Assembly: GCF_009914755.1 (NCBI RefSeq)
Contig: NC_060938.1
Direction: 5' to 3' (one strand)
From: the human T2T-CHM13v2.0 reference genome, Homo sapiens
DNA length: 64,000 bases
The position numbers and the translations under genes were made by a program. Position 1 is the first letter of the stretch. Each line of letters starts with the position of its first letter. The notes under the pieces are model-generated. The model worked only from the letters and a program-made list of their open reading frames with translations, ran no database searches and had not been told where the DNA came from. Below are positions 1 to 15,951 of this stretch, in pieces.

Positions 1-2068
1 TGTAACAGCCATCATGGGCAACATCCCCTTGGAGTATGACCTGGGGACACTCGATCAGCGAGTGGGCAGGGAGGCAATGTAGATATAAACAACTCATGAA
101 GATGGCTGCTGCCTGACACTGACTTGGGCCAAAATCTGCCAGATTTAAGCTGAGATAATTCACCATAATCTAAAATGTTCTTCAGGCATCACTGCGGCAC
201 AGTGATGCTGTTTTTGAGGTGCTGTCTGTGAATACCTTCTAGAAGAGTCTCCATGACTAGCTCAGCAGCTAAACCTCCCCAGAGAGGAACAGAACAGACC
301 CTCTGATTCCAGTTGGCCAAGGCAGACCACAGACCTGGGCTCTGCCCACAGCACGTACCTGTCAGTGTCACCCTCACCCATGGCCACCTGGGCAGGAAAC
401 GTCAGAGGACTCCTGGAGCCATGCCAAACTCAGAGTCCGTCCCTGCCCCACTCTCCATCGTGAACTCACAGCCTCCAGCCTCCTCTGCCCCAGGCCAGCG
501 CCTTATCATGGTTTTTAGTCAGAAGACAAGAGCCACATGAGAGCCCTGTGGCCATGCTGAAAGGGTGGGTGATGGGTTCGGAGCTGGGGAGCTGGCAGAG
601 TCCAACCTTGGGGACTTTCCAGCCCTGTCGACAAGCTGTGTAGATAACACAGCCCAACAGCGAGAGGGGAGCGAGATGCTTCACCATGTGGTGGGGATGC
701 CTGGCCCTAGTCCTGCTCTGGCAGTTGCCAGCTGTGTGGCTCTGGGGAGGACTGAGTGATACCAGTCCTGGTGCCTGTAAGGCACCTGGCCCAGTGTGCA
801 CACGCCAGCTGCCGTTTTAACTTCTGCCTCCGTACTGTGGACTTGAACCACTCTCTCTTTAGTTTATAATCTTGCATTCGCCTCCTCTTGCCCTGGATCT
901 GTAAGTTTCATCTCTTCTGGGGTCAGGCAATCCCTTCTGATTCTCTTTCACAGTAAACACACATGGTGGACAGACTCCCAGGTCTAGGTGGAGCCTGAGA
1001 CCAGGAGACAGAAGCACAAAACCAGCTGCGGGTGGGGTGAGTGGAGCGTGGTCCTCAGTGAGCGTCCTGTTGGGTGCTTTCCTCTGCAGCTTCTCCATAC
1101 ATCTTACAACCAGAGAGGCAGGGCCTTGGTTTCATTTTTTGTTTCTGCTGGGTGGTGGCAGGTGTTGCCACCCCCATTTATGGACAAGAACACGGAGGCT
1201 CAGAGAAACCATACAATCACCCAGGGTCCCAGGGCTAGTAACTGGCTGCTCAGGGCCGTCTGAGGGCCCAGAAAGAAATACAGTTTGTGAGCCTGTCCCC
1301 AGCTGGAGGATCTCCCTCTGAGAGCTCCTGCCTTTTTTTTTTTTCTTTCTCTCTTGGAATGTGAGGATGGAGAACAGGGTCCATGTCCGAACAAAGTGAG
1401 AAAACCTAGAAATAGCTATGGGCTAGGTGTGAAAGAGCTGATTCAATGCAGAGAAGCATCGAAGGACAGCCTAGTTGAAGCCAGCAACCAGGATGTTTCA
1501 TGCCAGTCACCCTAGGCAGAGATCAGTGGGGGCTAGGGGCATCAAAATAGTAAGGGGAGAAAGTAACTATCAGTAGAGTAAAAATATATATGTTGTACTG
1601 TGGCCCTGACCCGCGTAGACCTGCACCCTCCAACAAGAAGTCTACCCTTACTATAGGCAAGGGTCTTCTATTTTATTTTCTTCTGTTTCATTCTGGAAAA
1701 AGAAATTTTGGGTGGCATTCGCAGTAATGGGTCATGACGTGCAGTCTGAAAAACACTGCCCTTCCTTCCTGTGCCATCCCTGATACCTAAAGATGGGGCA
1801 GCCCTGCCATGTGGCTGTGCTTCTAACCAGTGACCTGGGTGTGTGTCCCCTGCACGTGCAACACAAAGAGAGCACTTTCCCAGTGTGGACAGAAATCTGC
1901 AGTTTGGTTGCAATTTAGGAGGGCTCCAGCCTCAGCTCCCACCCTGGCTCAGGGCCAGGGGTCAAAGTTTGCCTTCCCAGGGGCACCACTGGCTCCTGCT
2001 CTGCCTTTCTTTCCACGTCCTGCTCAGCAGGAAGGCCCTGGGGGCACCCCAGAGTTCCCTCGTGGCAG

Positions 2069-2100
2069 ATACACACACACACACACACACTCACACACAC
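2069..2100. repeat. (CA)n microsatellite
   Basis: Direct inspection: acacac... run with one tc interruption. Confidence 0.9.
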
Positions 2101-2115
2101 TGTCCACTTTAACTA

Positions 2116-2418
<303 letters not shown>

Positions 2419-2667
2419 GAAGTGACATTCAGAAAATGTGATTAATTATGGAGTTTATTCTACCACAAAGCTTGAGGGTAGCCACCTGGGAGACACCGAC
2501 TCCAAATGAACAAGGCCAGCATTGAAGGTGAAGTTAAGGTTTTACTTATACAGGCAGAGACAGAGAAGTTTTAGCAGGATGACATTTTCCATATGAGACC
2601 ACTGCATGCCCCAGTGATTTGATTGGTTACAGATTGCTACAACCTAGGAAGATTACTTTATTACTCC

Positions 2668-3065
2668 TGTTAAATTAAGTTTAGCCTAACGCTGCCTCTT
2701 TACATATTTGAAGTTCTGTCTAAAGGTTTTTCTGGACATAGTGAACTGTAACCTAACTGGAGGTGTAAACAGACTGTAAAATACTCTTGTGGCAATCACT
2801 GAGTCTTGGCCGGTCAAAGGTGGCCAACTGGTCCAACGGTGTTCAAATAAGGCAAATGCCGAGCTGTAACCAATCCAGCTGTTTCTGTACCTCACTTCCA
2901 GTTTTTGTCCATTACTTTCCTTTTACTGTCCATAAATCTTCCACTACATGGCTATATTGGAGTCTCTCTGAACCTATTCTGGTTCAGGAGTTGCCCGATT
3001 TGTGAATCATTCTTTGCTCAATTAAATTCTGTGAAATTAATTGGTCTAAGGTTTTTCTTTTAATA
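2668..3065 (+). mobile_element. MER57-type solo LTR (ERV1)
   Basis: Starts TGTTAAATTAAGTTTAGCCTAA as in the MER57 consensus; 4-bp TSD CTCC at 2664-2667 and 3066-3069. Confidence 0.85.
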
Positions 3066-3633
3066 CTCCAGAAGAAGGGGAGTGTTCTGAGGGGGTCTTA
3101 TCTCTGCTGCTGTTTGGTCTTCAATATTTACAGGAAATCAGCTGCAGAAGTTGCAGTTGCAGGCAGTGTTGCTCAGGCTACAAAGCCACATTCCTCTCAA
3201 GGCTCTAGATAATTTGAAGTTCCAATAGCTTTAAGTCCCAATTATTTTAAGTTTGAATTTAATTTCACAACACTCACCCATACTCACACACACACACTCA
3301 CTCACAATTTTCTGACACCGGCTGGGTGTCCAATAATTTGGACACTACCCAGAGTTAGTGCAGACTCCACGGGCTGCTCCTCCTTCAGATGCCAGCCACA
3401 AGTGGGCTTCCCAGGCAACTGCACTTCTGTCCAATTTGGCTTCAAATTCAGGAGTTCCCATGATCTCCATTCAGGTTTGATAATCCGATAGGACAACTCA
3501 AAGACTCACAAAGTGTTATACTTCCAATTACAGTTTTGTATAAAAGATACAGCACAGGAACCACCAAATGGAAAAGGCACATAGGGCGAGGTCTGGGGCG
3601 GGGCAGCCACAGAGTCCCCATCACCTCTCCTCC

Positions 3634-5095
<1,462 letters not shown>

Positions 5096-5801
5096 GAAGC
5101 TGGGTGCATCTTCCTCCCAGCACATCAGTGTGTTCACCAGCCAGAAAGTCCAGAGGTTTTATTTCAGAGGCATGATTGATTAAATCATTGGCCATGTGAT
5201 TGAACTCAAGTCTCCAGTCCCCTTCTGTTGGTCACACGGGGGGCCGAAGGTTCCAACCCTCTAAGCAGGTGCTTAGTCTTTCTGTGGCCAGCACCTCCCT
5301 TGAATCTAAGGTCCCACCAGGAGTCCCTGTTTAGTAGCAGAAACTCAGGTAAGATCAAAAGGGGCTCATTATGAATAATAAAAGACACTCTCATCTCTCA
5401 GGAAATTCCATGGGTTTTTGAAGCTCTGTGCCAGGATTGGGTACAAAGACTGGCTATGTGTTTCTGTCTTACTATATACCACACACTCACATTCCCTCAC
5501 ACACTGCTGGTTCCCATGGGCCTGGTGGCCAAGGAGGCAGCTCCACCTTGAACCTCCATAGAGGCAAAGCAACCTCATTTCTTTGAAATACACCATGTCC
5601 TGGTGTTAGTTCAATTTCAGGTGAATGCACTAGTTCATGGATGCTGCAGCTCCAAGTAGGGTGACAATTTGGCAGGAGCCGAGGCTTGTCTCTGAGCCTC
5701 TGAGCGGAGAGCCAGGCCTGGCGGAGGCATCTAGATGTAAGCCAATGTCAAGCAGGAACACCTTCCAGGCAGGCACCACCCCCACCCCTGCCATGAAGCA
5801 G

Positions 5802-6414
5802 TGTCGTTTGGGGTAATACCTGAGGTTTGTTTCCTCACACCAAGGAAATAAAGGACACGGACACACAAGAAATGAGGTTAAGAGTGGAGGTTTAAAAGGT
5901 GTAAGAACAAGAAAAGCACTCTCCTGCAGAGAGAGGGGGTCCTGAACAGGTCTTCGGTCCATGGTGAAGTGCAGGAGGTTTTATAGATGAGCTTGAGGAG
6001 GCAGTATCTGATTTACATAGAGTACCAGAGATTGGCTGGACAGGTGTGCCATTTGCATTGCATGCAAAGAAGCTGGCAGCCCCACCCTAATCTTTTATTA
6101 CGTAGATGGATTCTCTACCTGGCTATGTTGCCTGCTTTTCTACTGTACACATGGTGACAAAGAAAAGGGAAGATGAAGCCTCCATGTTAAACATACCTGG
6201 CTTCCAGGTAGCCCTTTTCTGTTGGCACAGCTGCCGGCATTCACCCATGCAAGCTTCCAGCTTGCTTGTCTATGTTTGCCGCTTGAGTTTTCAGGCTGTT
6301 CTTTGTTAAAAAAGAAATGATTTGGGGGCTGCTTTTTGTTAAAAGGGAAGCTCAGCAGAGGACTCTGTTACCCTCACTATCTGCCTAAATAATTTCTTTT
6401 TAGCTCCTGTATCA
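5802..6414 (-). mobile_element. LTR9-like solo LTR (HUERS-P3/ERV1)
   Basis: Minus strand starts TGATACAGGAGCTAAAAAGAAATTATTTAGGCAGATAGTGAGGG; TG...CA ends; near-TSD GCAG/CCAG. Confidence 0.7.
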
Positions 6415-6639
6415 CCAGGAGTACCCCTTCCATCGCCCCCTATTGCTCCTGCTTCTAATTCTCTCTTCATCCTGCTCTGCTGGAGGAGAGGGGCTGCTAA
6501 AAACTCATTTCCAGCCTTGGTTTGGTGACTAATGATTCATTGTGCTGCTGCTCTGGAAGGGCCATACACTCACGGAGACCAGGATCTTAAGCCTCAGGGC
6601 CACCCTCTGTAAGCCAAGTGGAGGCAAAATTGAGCACTC

Positions 6640-6830
6640 AGGATCTAGAGTTGAAGGTCCTGAGTTTCAGGTCTCAGCTCCACCACCTACAACCCTGTGA
6701 TCCTGAGCATTACTTGCCTCTCTCTGCCTCAGTGTCCTCATCTATAAAATGGGGATAACTATAGTGTTTCCCCCATAGGTTTAAGAGGAGAATTAAGTGA
6801 GATCATAGAATCTAATGCACTAGTATTTGG
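6640..6830 (+). mobile_element. MIR
   Basis: Core motif CTCTCTGCCTCAGTGTCCTCATCTATAAAATGGGGATAA. Confidence 0.75.
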
Positions 6831-7053
6831 GTTTGGGCCAGACTAGGGAGGCCATTAATTAATAATATTAATATGGTTATAGTATTTTATTAACAATTAT
6901 ATATAACAACTATAGAATAACAATGATTATGATGATACAGCAATATAGTAATATTAGTAATCAATACAATGGCAGCAGAATTGGGATATCACCAGAGCAA
7001 GGTCAGGACAGAGGGCTCCTCAGGAGCCTCCTGTGCTTGGGGCCGTATCCTCA

Positions 7054-7684
7054 CGTTACCAGAAAGGGCTCCCGATCCAGACCCCAAGAGAAGGTTCTTG
7101 GATCTGACACAAGAAAGAATTTGGGGTGAGTCCAAAGAATAAGGTGAAAGCAAGTTTATTAGAGAAGTAAAGAAGCAAAAGAATGGCTGCTCTATCCTGG
7201 TACACTGTCTCATACTCATGCTCGACTGATTATGCTTATGGTTATTTCTTGATTATTTACTGAACAAGGGGTAGATTATTCATGAGTGTTCCAGGAAAGG
7301 GGTGGGCAATTCCCAGAACTAAGGGTCCCTCCCCTTTTTAGACATAGGCTAATTTCCTGACGTTGCCATGACATCTGTAAACTGTCATGGCGCTGGTGGG
7401 AGTGTCTTTTAGCAAGCAGATGCATTATAATTAGCACATAATGAGCAGTGAGGACGACCAGAGGTCACTTTGGTCACCATCTTGGTTTTGGTGGGTTTGG
7501 GCCGGCTTCTTTACCACGTCCTGTTTTGTCAGCAGGGTCTTTGTAACCTGTATCTTGTGCCCACCTCCTATCTTATCCTGTGACTTAGAATGCCCTAACC
7601 TCCTGGGAATGCAGCCCAGCGGGGTCTCAGCCTTATTTTACCCAACCCCTATTCAAGATGGGGTCACTCTGGTTCAGACGGACA
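7054..7684 (-). mobile_element. MER41 (MER41B-like) solo LTR
   Basis: GTTACCAGAAAGGGCTCCCGATCCAGACCCCAAGAGA...ATTCAAGATGG matches MER41; 631 bp; TSD CTCA at 7050-7053 and 7685-7688. Confidence 0.85.
7289..7318. promoter_or_regulatory. Tandem GAS (STAT1-type) motifs in MER41
   Basis: TTCCAGGAA (7289-7297) and TTCCCAGAA (7310-7318) both fit TTCNNNGAA. Activity is inferred from the MER41B family, not shown here. Confidence 0.6.
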
Positions 7685-8103
7685 CTCAGATATCCCAGTG
7701 TCCCTGCTCCACAGCCTTTCTTCAGCAACCTTGGCCAGACACCTAGTTTTCCAAACGCTAACCCAGAAGCTTGGGGCTGGAGTGGGAGAGGCTTAAGCTC
7801 CAGGGGTGGGGTCAAGACAGGAGCAGGGAGGGGAAGACATGGACCAAGTCCTTCCCCTATGGAGGGATGCCCCCTCCCCCTTCCTGGGGAAGCTGTGCCA
7901 CAGGAGGCTGGGGAGATTCCAGAAGGTGTCACCTGCCAAGGAGGGATGAGCTTGCTGAGACCTGCCAAGACTCAAAGGACATTTTAAAACAGCAGAGTTT
8001 GTGAAAGGCAGCAGAATCCCGCTCCCCATGCTTGCCTTCGGGACCCTCACTGGAGCAGAACCATTGCTTAGAGCGTGAGAAGGAGAAGCGAGTGTCCGTC
8101 AAC

Positions 8104-8127
8104 ATGCTGGCTCTGGGTGAGACCTCG
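8104..8127 (+). CDS. RIN3: Candidate alternative first coding exon of RIN3 (MLALGETS), phase 0 into the 9106 exon
   Basis: GTCAAC-ATG (A at -3), 8 codons, donor TCG|GTTAGT at 8128, in frame with the exon at 9106. Transcript support is not visible from sequence alone. Confidence 0.5.
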
Positions 8128-9105
8128 GTTAGTATTTGGTTTCTAGAGCACAGCTGCGTCCTCACAGCCTAGAGCCATGGTTTTATCAGAAGAGAGTAAA
8201 CCTACAGCAGAAGCAAGTCTTCCTGCTCAGGACTTGGGATCTGCATGCAGAGGCCTCATGGCATGGAGGTCCCAAGCGTTGACACCAGTGTCCGGGGGCC
8301 GAATCCAGTTCTTCCCTTATAGCTGTGAGATCTTGGCCAGGATCACCTTCCAGAGCGTGTCCTGTGGGCCAAGCCCTAACAGGTATTAACTCAGTCAGTC
8401 ATCACACCAGCTGGAGGAGGGGACGTCCTGTTACAATCAGAGAGTACCTCAGTTCCTTCATCTGTAAGATGGGGATAATAATAAAACTCATGGGGTGATG
8501 GAGAGGATAGAGCAAGTTACTCTATGTGGAGTGTCATCACAGCTCCTGTCTCAGCGAGAGCTCTATATTAAGTATTAGCTATTTTTATTTTTTCAGGGGA
8601 AAAAATGGTGTGAATTGACTAATATCTGTGATTGTTTCCAGCAGCCTCCCCCAGAGTGTACGTGCTGGGGTGAGAGTTGAAATTCAACCTGACTCCTGTA
8701 CATTAGAGCTTTTCTGAGTGTAGACTCAGCACTGCTCACATAAGAGCCAGCCAATTCCAGCCCCACTTACAGAATCAGTGTCTCAGTGGGTGGGGGCATA
8801 GGAATTTTAAGACCTCCCCCCACCATGGACTCTGTGCCTCCAATACCCTTATAGAAACATTGACTTCATTGAACCCGTCAGTGGGCAAATGAGAAACTGA
8901 GCATGCAGGATCCTCAATGTGGATGTGGGCCAGGTGGCGCAAGGCTCTTGGGGCAGAACCCCCAGTGTCCCTGAGGCATCCTTGATCTCCCTAGCCTGCC
9001 TCATCATTTCAGGAACCTTCCAGATGACTTCCATCTCGTGGTTGTCCTCCTCACCTTCACCCAAATCTTTAATTCACGGAGCTGCATCCCCTTCTTTGGT
9101 TTCAG

Positions 9106-9223
9106 ATGTTCCTGGTTCGCCGGGACAGCAGCTCGAAGCAGCTGGTGCTCTGTGTCCACTTTCCTTCTCTGAACGAAAGCTCGGCCGAGGTGCTCGAATA
9201 CACCATTAAGGAAGAAAAGTCGA
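9106..9223 (+). CDS. RIN3: RIN3 coding exon (probably exon 3, 118 nt), SH2 domain: MFLVRRDSSSKQLVLCVHFPSLNESSAEVLEYTIKEEKS
   Basis: Polypyrimidine tract + TTCAG acceptor, A|GTAAGT donor. The translation has the SH2 FLVR motif and matches human RIN3 as I recall it. Confidence 0.95.
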
Positions 9224-9703
9224 GTAAGTACCCATCTTCTCTGTTTTCACTTTGACCACGCGGCAGCAGCAGCAGCAGAGAGGCTGCACCTTCTAACCAC
9301 AGACTCCCCTGTATGCACTGATGGTGTTTAAAATTAGAAGGAGGAAAAGCTTTCAGTCACTGAAGTTACTTAGCCAGACTTGTTTTGAACTCAGTTCATC
9401 ATCCAAAGTCAGTGTGAATTTCCACTCACCCTCGTCGCAGCTGGGTGGCTTTGCATTCTCATGGCCACATTGAAGTTTCTTCTTGTTAGCTCAATGCAGG
9501 GACGCTGGAGAAAGGGAAGAAAAGGAGAAGACATGTCTGCACCCTTGAGTCCTAGTGTCAGCTCAGCACACACTCAATCCATGATTGCAGACAAGTCACT
9601 TAATCTTTCTGAGCCTCAGTTTTCTCTTCTGTCAAGTGGACATAATAGTCACAGAGCTTTTGTGAGGGTCAAAGGGACAAACACTTTGAAAGACAAAAAT
9701 CTG

Positions 9704-11245
<1,542 letters not shown>

Positions 11246-11399
11246 ATGGCTATGTGTATACATGCCAGGCATTCAGATCCAAACAGCCTGTTAGAAGAAT
11301 CTATAGAATATTCCAAGCACTGGTTTACATCTCTTGTAAATGGATCCATCTCTTGTAAATGGAAGCCTTTCACCCTCAGCTAGCAGCAGAGTGACAACA

Positions 11400-11720
11400 G
11401 TTAAGATTCATTAAATATTCTCAAGTGTTTGTTTCTCAAGAAACATGTGTGCCTGGCACTGGGAAGATGCAAAGATGAAGAAAACAGAGTTCCTGGCCTC
11501 AGGGGCCTCCAAGTCTGGTTGGAGGGTGGGGACACACTGGTATGGGAAACAGACATCACTTGCTGTGCAGTATAGCATTACTGCATTTGCATTACTGCAA
11601 AGGGACCTCTGGCTGGGGACATGGAGGATACAGGTCACTGTGGGAAGGATTCAGGAGGGTGTCAAAGAGGAAGAAGCCTCAGGCTGGGTCCTGAAGGTGA
11701 GTATATTAGTTCAATTGAAG
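11400..11720. mobile_element. L2 fragment
   Basis: Degenerate L2 3' motifs (ATTCATTAAATATT...GTGCCTGGCACTG). Confidence 0.5.
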
Positions 11721-11840
11721 GTTAATCTTCTAGCCCTAGAAGTAGACTAGGAAGGGAATGCAGAAGCAGGTTACCTTTCCTGCTATAAGGAGGTCTTTCC
11801 GCAGAGACCCAGAGCCCCACAGAATGGATAAAACACAACT

Positions 11841-12143
<303 letters not shown>

Positions 12144-13473
12144 TCATGTGTTCAGCAGAGAGTTATGGAGTGCCCACTCTGTGCCAGGCACTGTTCACTG
12201 CCTCTCAGAGCTCACTTCAGATGGAGGGAGGGGATGATAAGCAAGTAACCATCCAGGATGACTGGCAGATGGAGAGGTGTGCTATGAGGAATGTGTGAAC
12301 ATGGATAATTAGCTAGCTACTGCAAGAACCAGCATGATGGCTTAAAGCCAGAAGCTGGTTTCCCACTCACAGGCAAGATTCCTGCCCAGTGGGGAAGGAA
12401 CAGGGACCCCAATGGAAGAAGAGGCTCTGCCACCTTCAGCGTGCAGCCTCCAGTTTCCTAGGACTGACTCCAAGCCAGTAGGCTGGAAGGGGGAAAGAGC
12501 ATGGAGAAGGCTTGTGGTCCCGTCTTCCTGCCAAGGCCTAGGAGTGGGTGTGTCACCTGTGCCGCATTCCATTGGCTAGAACTTGGTCACAAGATCACAC
12601 CTAACTGCAAGGGAAACTGGGTCTAGCCATGTGCCCTGGAAAAAGAACAGCATCTGGGTTTTGAACTGCTAGAAGCCTGATCCATGGGTAGTAAGGATAG
12701 CGAGTGTAGGGTTGGGGCAAATCATTTATATAGAAAACTTGATTGACCTCTCCGTCTTGTGAAGTCCAGCGGGGAAGAAAGTGTGAGGTTCTCAAAGAAG
12801 GAAGAGAGTGTTATGGTTTTCCCAGACCAAGTATGCAGCACCCTCTGATGACAGCGGAAGAGGTAGGGCTGTTTGGGGCATCCACTGTTCTCCAAGAACC
12901 AGAGTCTCTTCTCATTTGGCCAGGGCCAGGCCTTCTTAGCGGGTGCTCCTGGGGTCACACAGCCCCCGGCTGTGCTTATGGTCTCCTGGGAGATAGAGAG
13001 GACCATCACCTATCTATTAGTAGATAATAGAGACCAGGAGGGTACAGACCTGTCTCTTACTAAGAGCAACCAGGCTTTCAGAGACTCGGCTGCCACCTGC
13101 CAGTTACCTACAACTTTCGGAAACCCAAGAGCCAGCTGTGCTCTTGAATTTCCACAGCAACATTGGGAAAGTAGCTGAGGTTGGAGGTTATGATGAGCTG
13201 AGCTTATCAGCCAGTGCTCTAGGAGCCTGAGTTGGGAGTGCTGTTCACGGCCAGGGTGGACAGGAAGGCTTCTTGGAGGAAAGGCACATCAGGCTGGACC
13301 AGCAGACTGTCTGAACGTTCTGCCCACGTCCTTTGCGCCATACTCCTTCCCCACCTCCCCGCCCAGCCTCCAGGGTCACCACTCTGCTGTCTCTCCAACC
13401 CAGTGACACCCCACACCCCTGGAAACCAGGACATTGTATCTGGTTTCATGTCTCATTTTCCATTAGGCACCAA

Positions 13474-13918
13474 TGAAAAACCAGAGCTGGATGGTCGTTA
13501 AAGCAGTAAAAACAGGATTTGCTCAAAACTATTGCAATAAAGACAGAGACCTCGGTATAGAACTGGGCTCAACTCCAAATACAGCATGGGCAAGTGGGGG
13601 TTATAGCCAAGGAGCAGGGTGGGAGGCAGTGGATGGAAAATCACTAAGGGGAAACATCAGGGGCAGGGAGGATTCTGGCGAAACTGACCCAACAGGATTC
13701 TTGCTGAAGGCAGGCAGGGTGATCAGACAGCACCCGGGGGATGGTGGAGGACGAGGAAACTGATCAGATATTGACAGTGATCAGATATCAAGGGGGAGGT
13801 GTTTTTCTAAACCAGTGAAGCAGGATTCTTGCTAAAACTGGATTTTAGGAGGCACAGATGGGCCTAGGAGAAGGTTCAGGAGCCTGACTAAAGTTTGGTC
13901 AAGCGAAGAATTTTTTCA
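13474..13918 (-). mobile_element. MER31A-like solo LTR (ERV1)
   Basis: Minus strand TGAAAAAATTCTTCGCTTGACCAAACTTTAGTCAGGCTCCTGAACCTTCTCCTAGGCCC matches the MER31 start. Confidence 0.75.
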
Positions 13919-14188
13919 AGCCTGAGGGACAAATTGGGTCACTCAGAGACAGAGACGGCCAGCCTACTTCTATGGGTTCTTTCTTCCTCCCAGGGCCGTG
14001 TGGCCGAATCTCACTTTCCATTTTTAAACTTTTAAAAATTCAGTGCTCAATTTGCTGAAAATATGATGAAAACCAAAAATCTTTCTTGTAACCTAACACT
14101 TCCATCATCGTTCATGTGCATTCACTATAAATACACAGGTGTCATCCGTAAGTTTGTGTGTGTGTGGTTTTGCTGTTTCCTTTTTTAC

Positions 14189-14498
14189 TTTTTTTTTTTT
14201 TTTTTTTCCCTGAGATGGAGTCTTGCTCTATCGCCCAGGCCGGAGTGCAGTGGTGTGGTATGATCTTGGCTTACTGCAACCTCTGCCTCCCGAGTTCAAG
14301 CAAGTCTCCAGCCTCAGCCTCCTGAGTAGCTGGGACTACAGGCATGCGCCATCACGTCCGGCTAATTTTTGTGTATTTAGTGGAAACCAGGTTTCACCAT
14401 GTTGGCCAGGCTGGTCTCGAACTCCTGACCTCAGGTAATCTGCCTGCCTGAGCCTCCCAAAGTGTTGGGATTACAGGCGTGAGCCACCCCGCCTGGCC
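14189..14498 (-). mobile_element. AluS
   Basis: Poly(T) plus reverse Alu. Confidence 0.92.
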
Positions 14499-15234
14499 TG
14501 CCGTGTCCTTGTATTACTCCATTGCTCTCCAAACCTCACTCCCCTGAGGTCAGCCACTAGCATGCACCCAGACAACATTAAGAAAGCAGCAGGTAACTTG
14601 TTTCTTTGCCGAGTTAATGTGCCGCTCCTGCCTCTTTGCTCTCTTCCTGTTTGATGCCCTCCTCCTTGACACAGCAGTTGAGACAGACCATGGAAGCCAC
14701 ACAGCTTTTTGAATCCCGCTGTTTTCTCCTGCCTGTGTGACCTTGTGCAAGTTACTTTACCTCTCCAGGCCTCAGTTGCCTTGCCTGTAAGATGGGGATA
14801 ATGATGGTGCCGCCATCACAGGGCACTGGAAAGGGTTCGTGTGTCTACACTGCTTAGGACTTTAGACACTGTGGCCACGGTGACTGCAGTAGGGGGTGAT
14901 CTGAGGGGGAAGTGGTCAAGGGAAAGGCCCAGGCCTGGAACTGGGGCCTTTTGTTGGGGTTCCCCACACAGAGCTGAGGCAAGGGAAAGAGACGTGGGGA
15001 TACCCCAAAAGGGGTAGCCAGCTTGATCTGTGACTCTGCTCTGTTTGAAGAAGAAACACTCGCTCTGACCACTTCCGTTTCCATGTGCCTGGATTGTCCT
15101 CTAGTTTCTTGTTAAGTGTTTCCTTGAAACTCTCTGAAGCAGTCAGCTTGGGCTAGTCTTGCTGTGGTAACAAACAACCCTAACCCCAGTTGCTTGCACA
15201 CACATGGGTGTGTACACAAAGTAAAATGAGTGTG

Positions 15235-15951
15235 CAGCTGGCCCTCCAACCTGTGGTTTCCACATCCACGGATTTAATCAAACATGGATCAAAAATATTC
15301 AAAGAAAAAAAGATGAAAAATAACAACACAACAATAAAAAATAATGTAAATTAAAATATAGTATAACAACTGTGTATATAGCATTTACATTGTATTAGGT
15401 ATTAGAAGTAACCTAGAAATGATTTAAAGCAGAGCTCCCCAACGTTTTTGGCACCAGCTTCATCCATGTCCCTGCAAAGAACATGATCTCATTCATTTTA
15501 ATGGCTGCATAGTATTCCATGGTGTATATGCACTGTATTTTTCCACGGATGGGATGGGGGATGGTTTCTGGGTGAAACTGTTCCACTTCAGATCATCAGG
15601 CATTAGATTCTCATAAGGAGCCTGCAACCGGGATCCCTTCCATGCACAGTTCACAATAGGGTTCTTGCTCCTATGAGAATCTAATGCTGCCACTGATCTG
15701 GCAGGAGGCAGAGCTCCAGTGGTGAAGCTCGCCCTCCCAATGCTTACCCCCTGCTGTGCGCCCCGGTTCCTACCAGTTCCCTGGCCCAGGAGTTGGGGAC
15801 CCCTCATTTAAAGTATACAGGAGGACGTGCATACGTTATAGGCAGATACTATGCCATTTCATATCAAGGACTTGAGCATCCTCAGATTTCGGTTTCTGAG
15901 GGGGTGGGGGGGTCTTGAAACCAACCCCCCACAGATACCAAGGGACAATTG
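15235..15951. mobile_element. Tigger3-like DNA transposon carrying a nested MER1B
   Basis: Terminal CAGCTGGCCCTCC... and ...GGACAATTG(TA); AT-rich Tigger body. It sits inside an MLT1-like remnant starting near 15143. Confidence 0.65.
15430..15805. mobile_element. MER1B (hAT-Charlie) with an internal L1 patch
   Basis: TIRs CAGAGCTCCCCAAC and GTTGGGGACCCCT; 8-bp TSD ATTTAAAG at 15422-15429 and 15806-15813. Confidence 0.85.
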
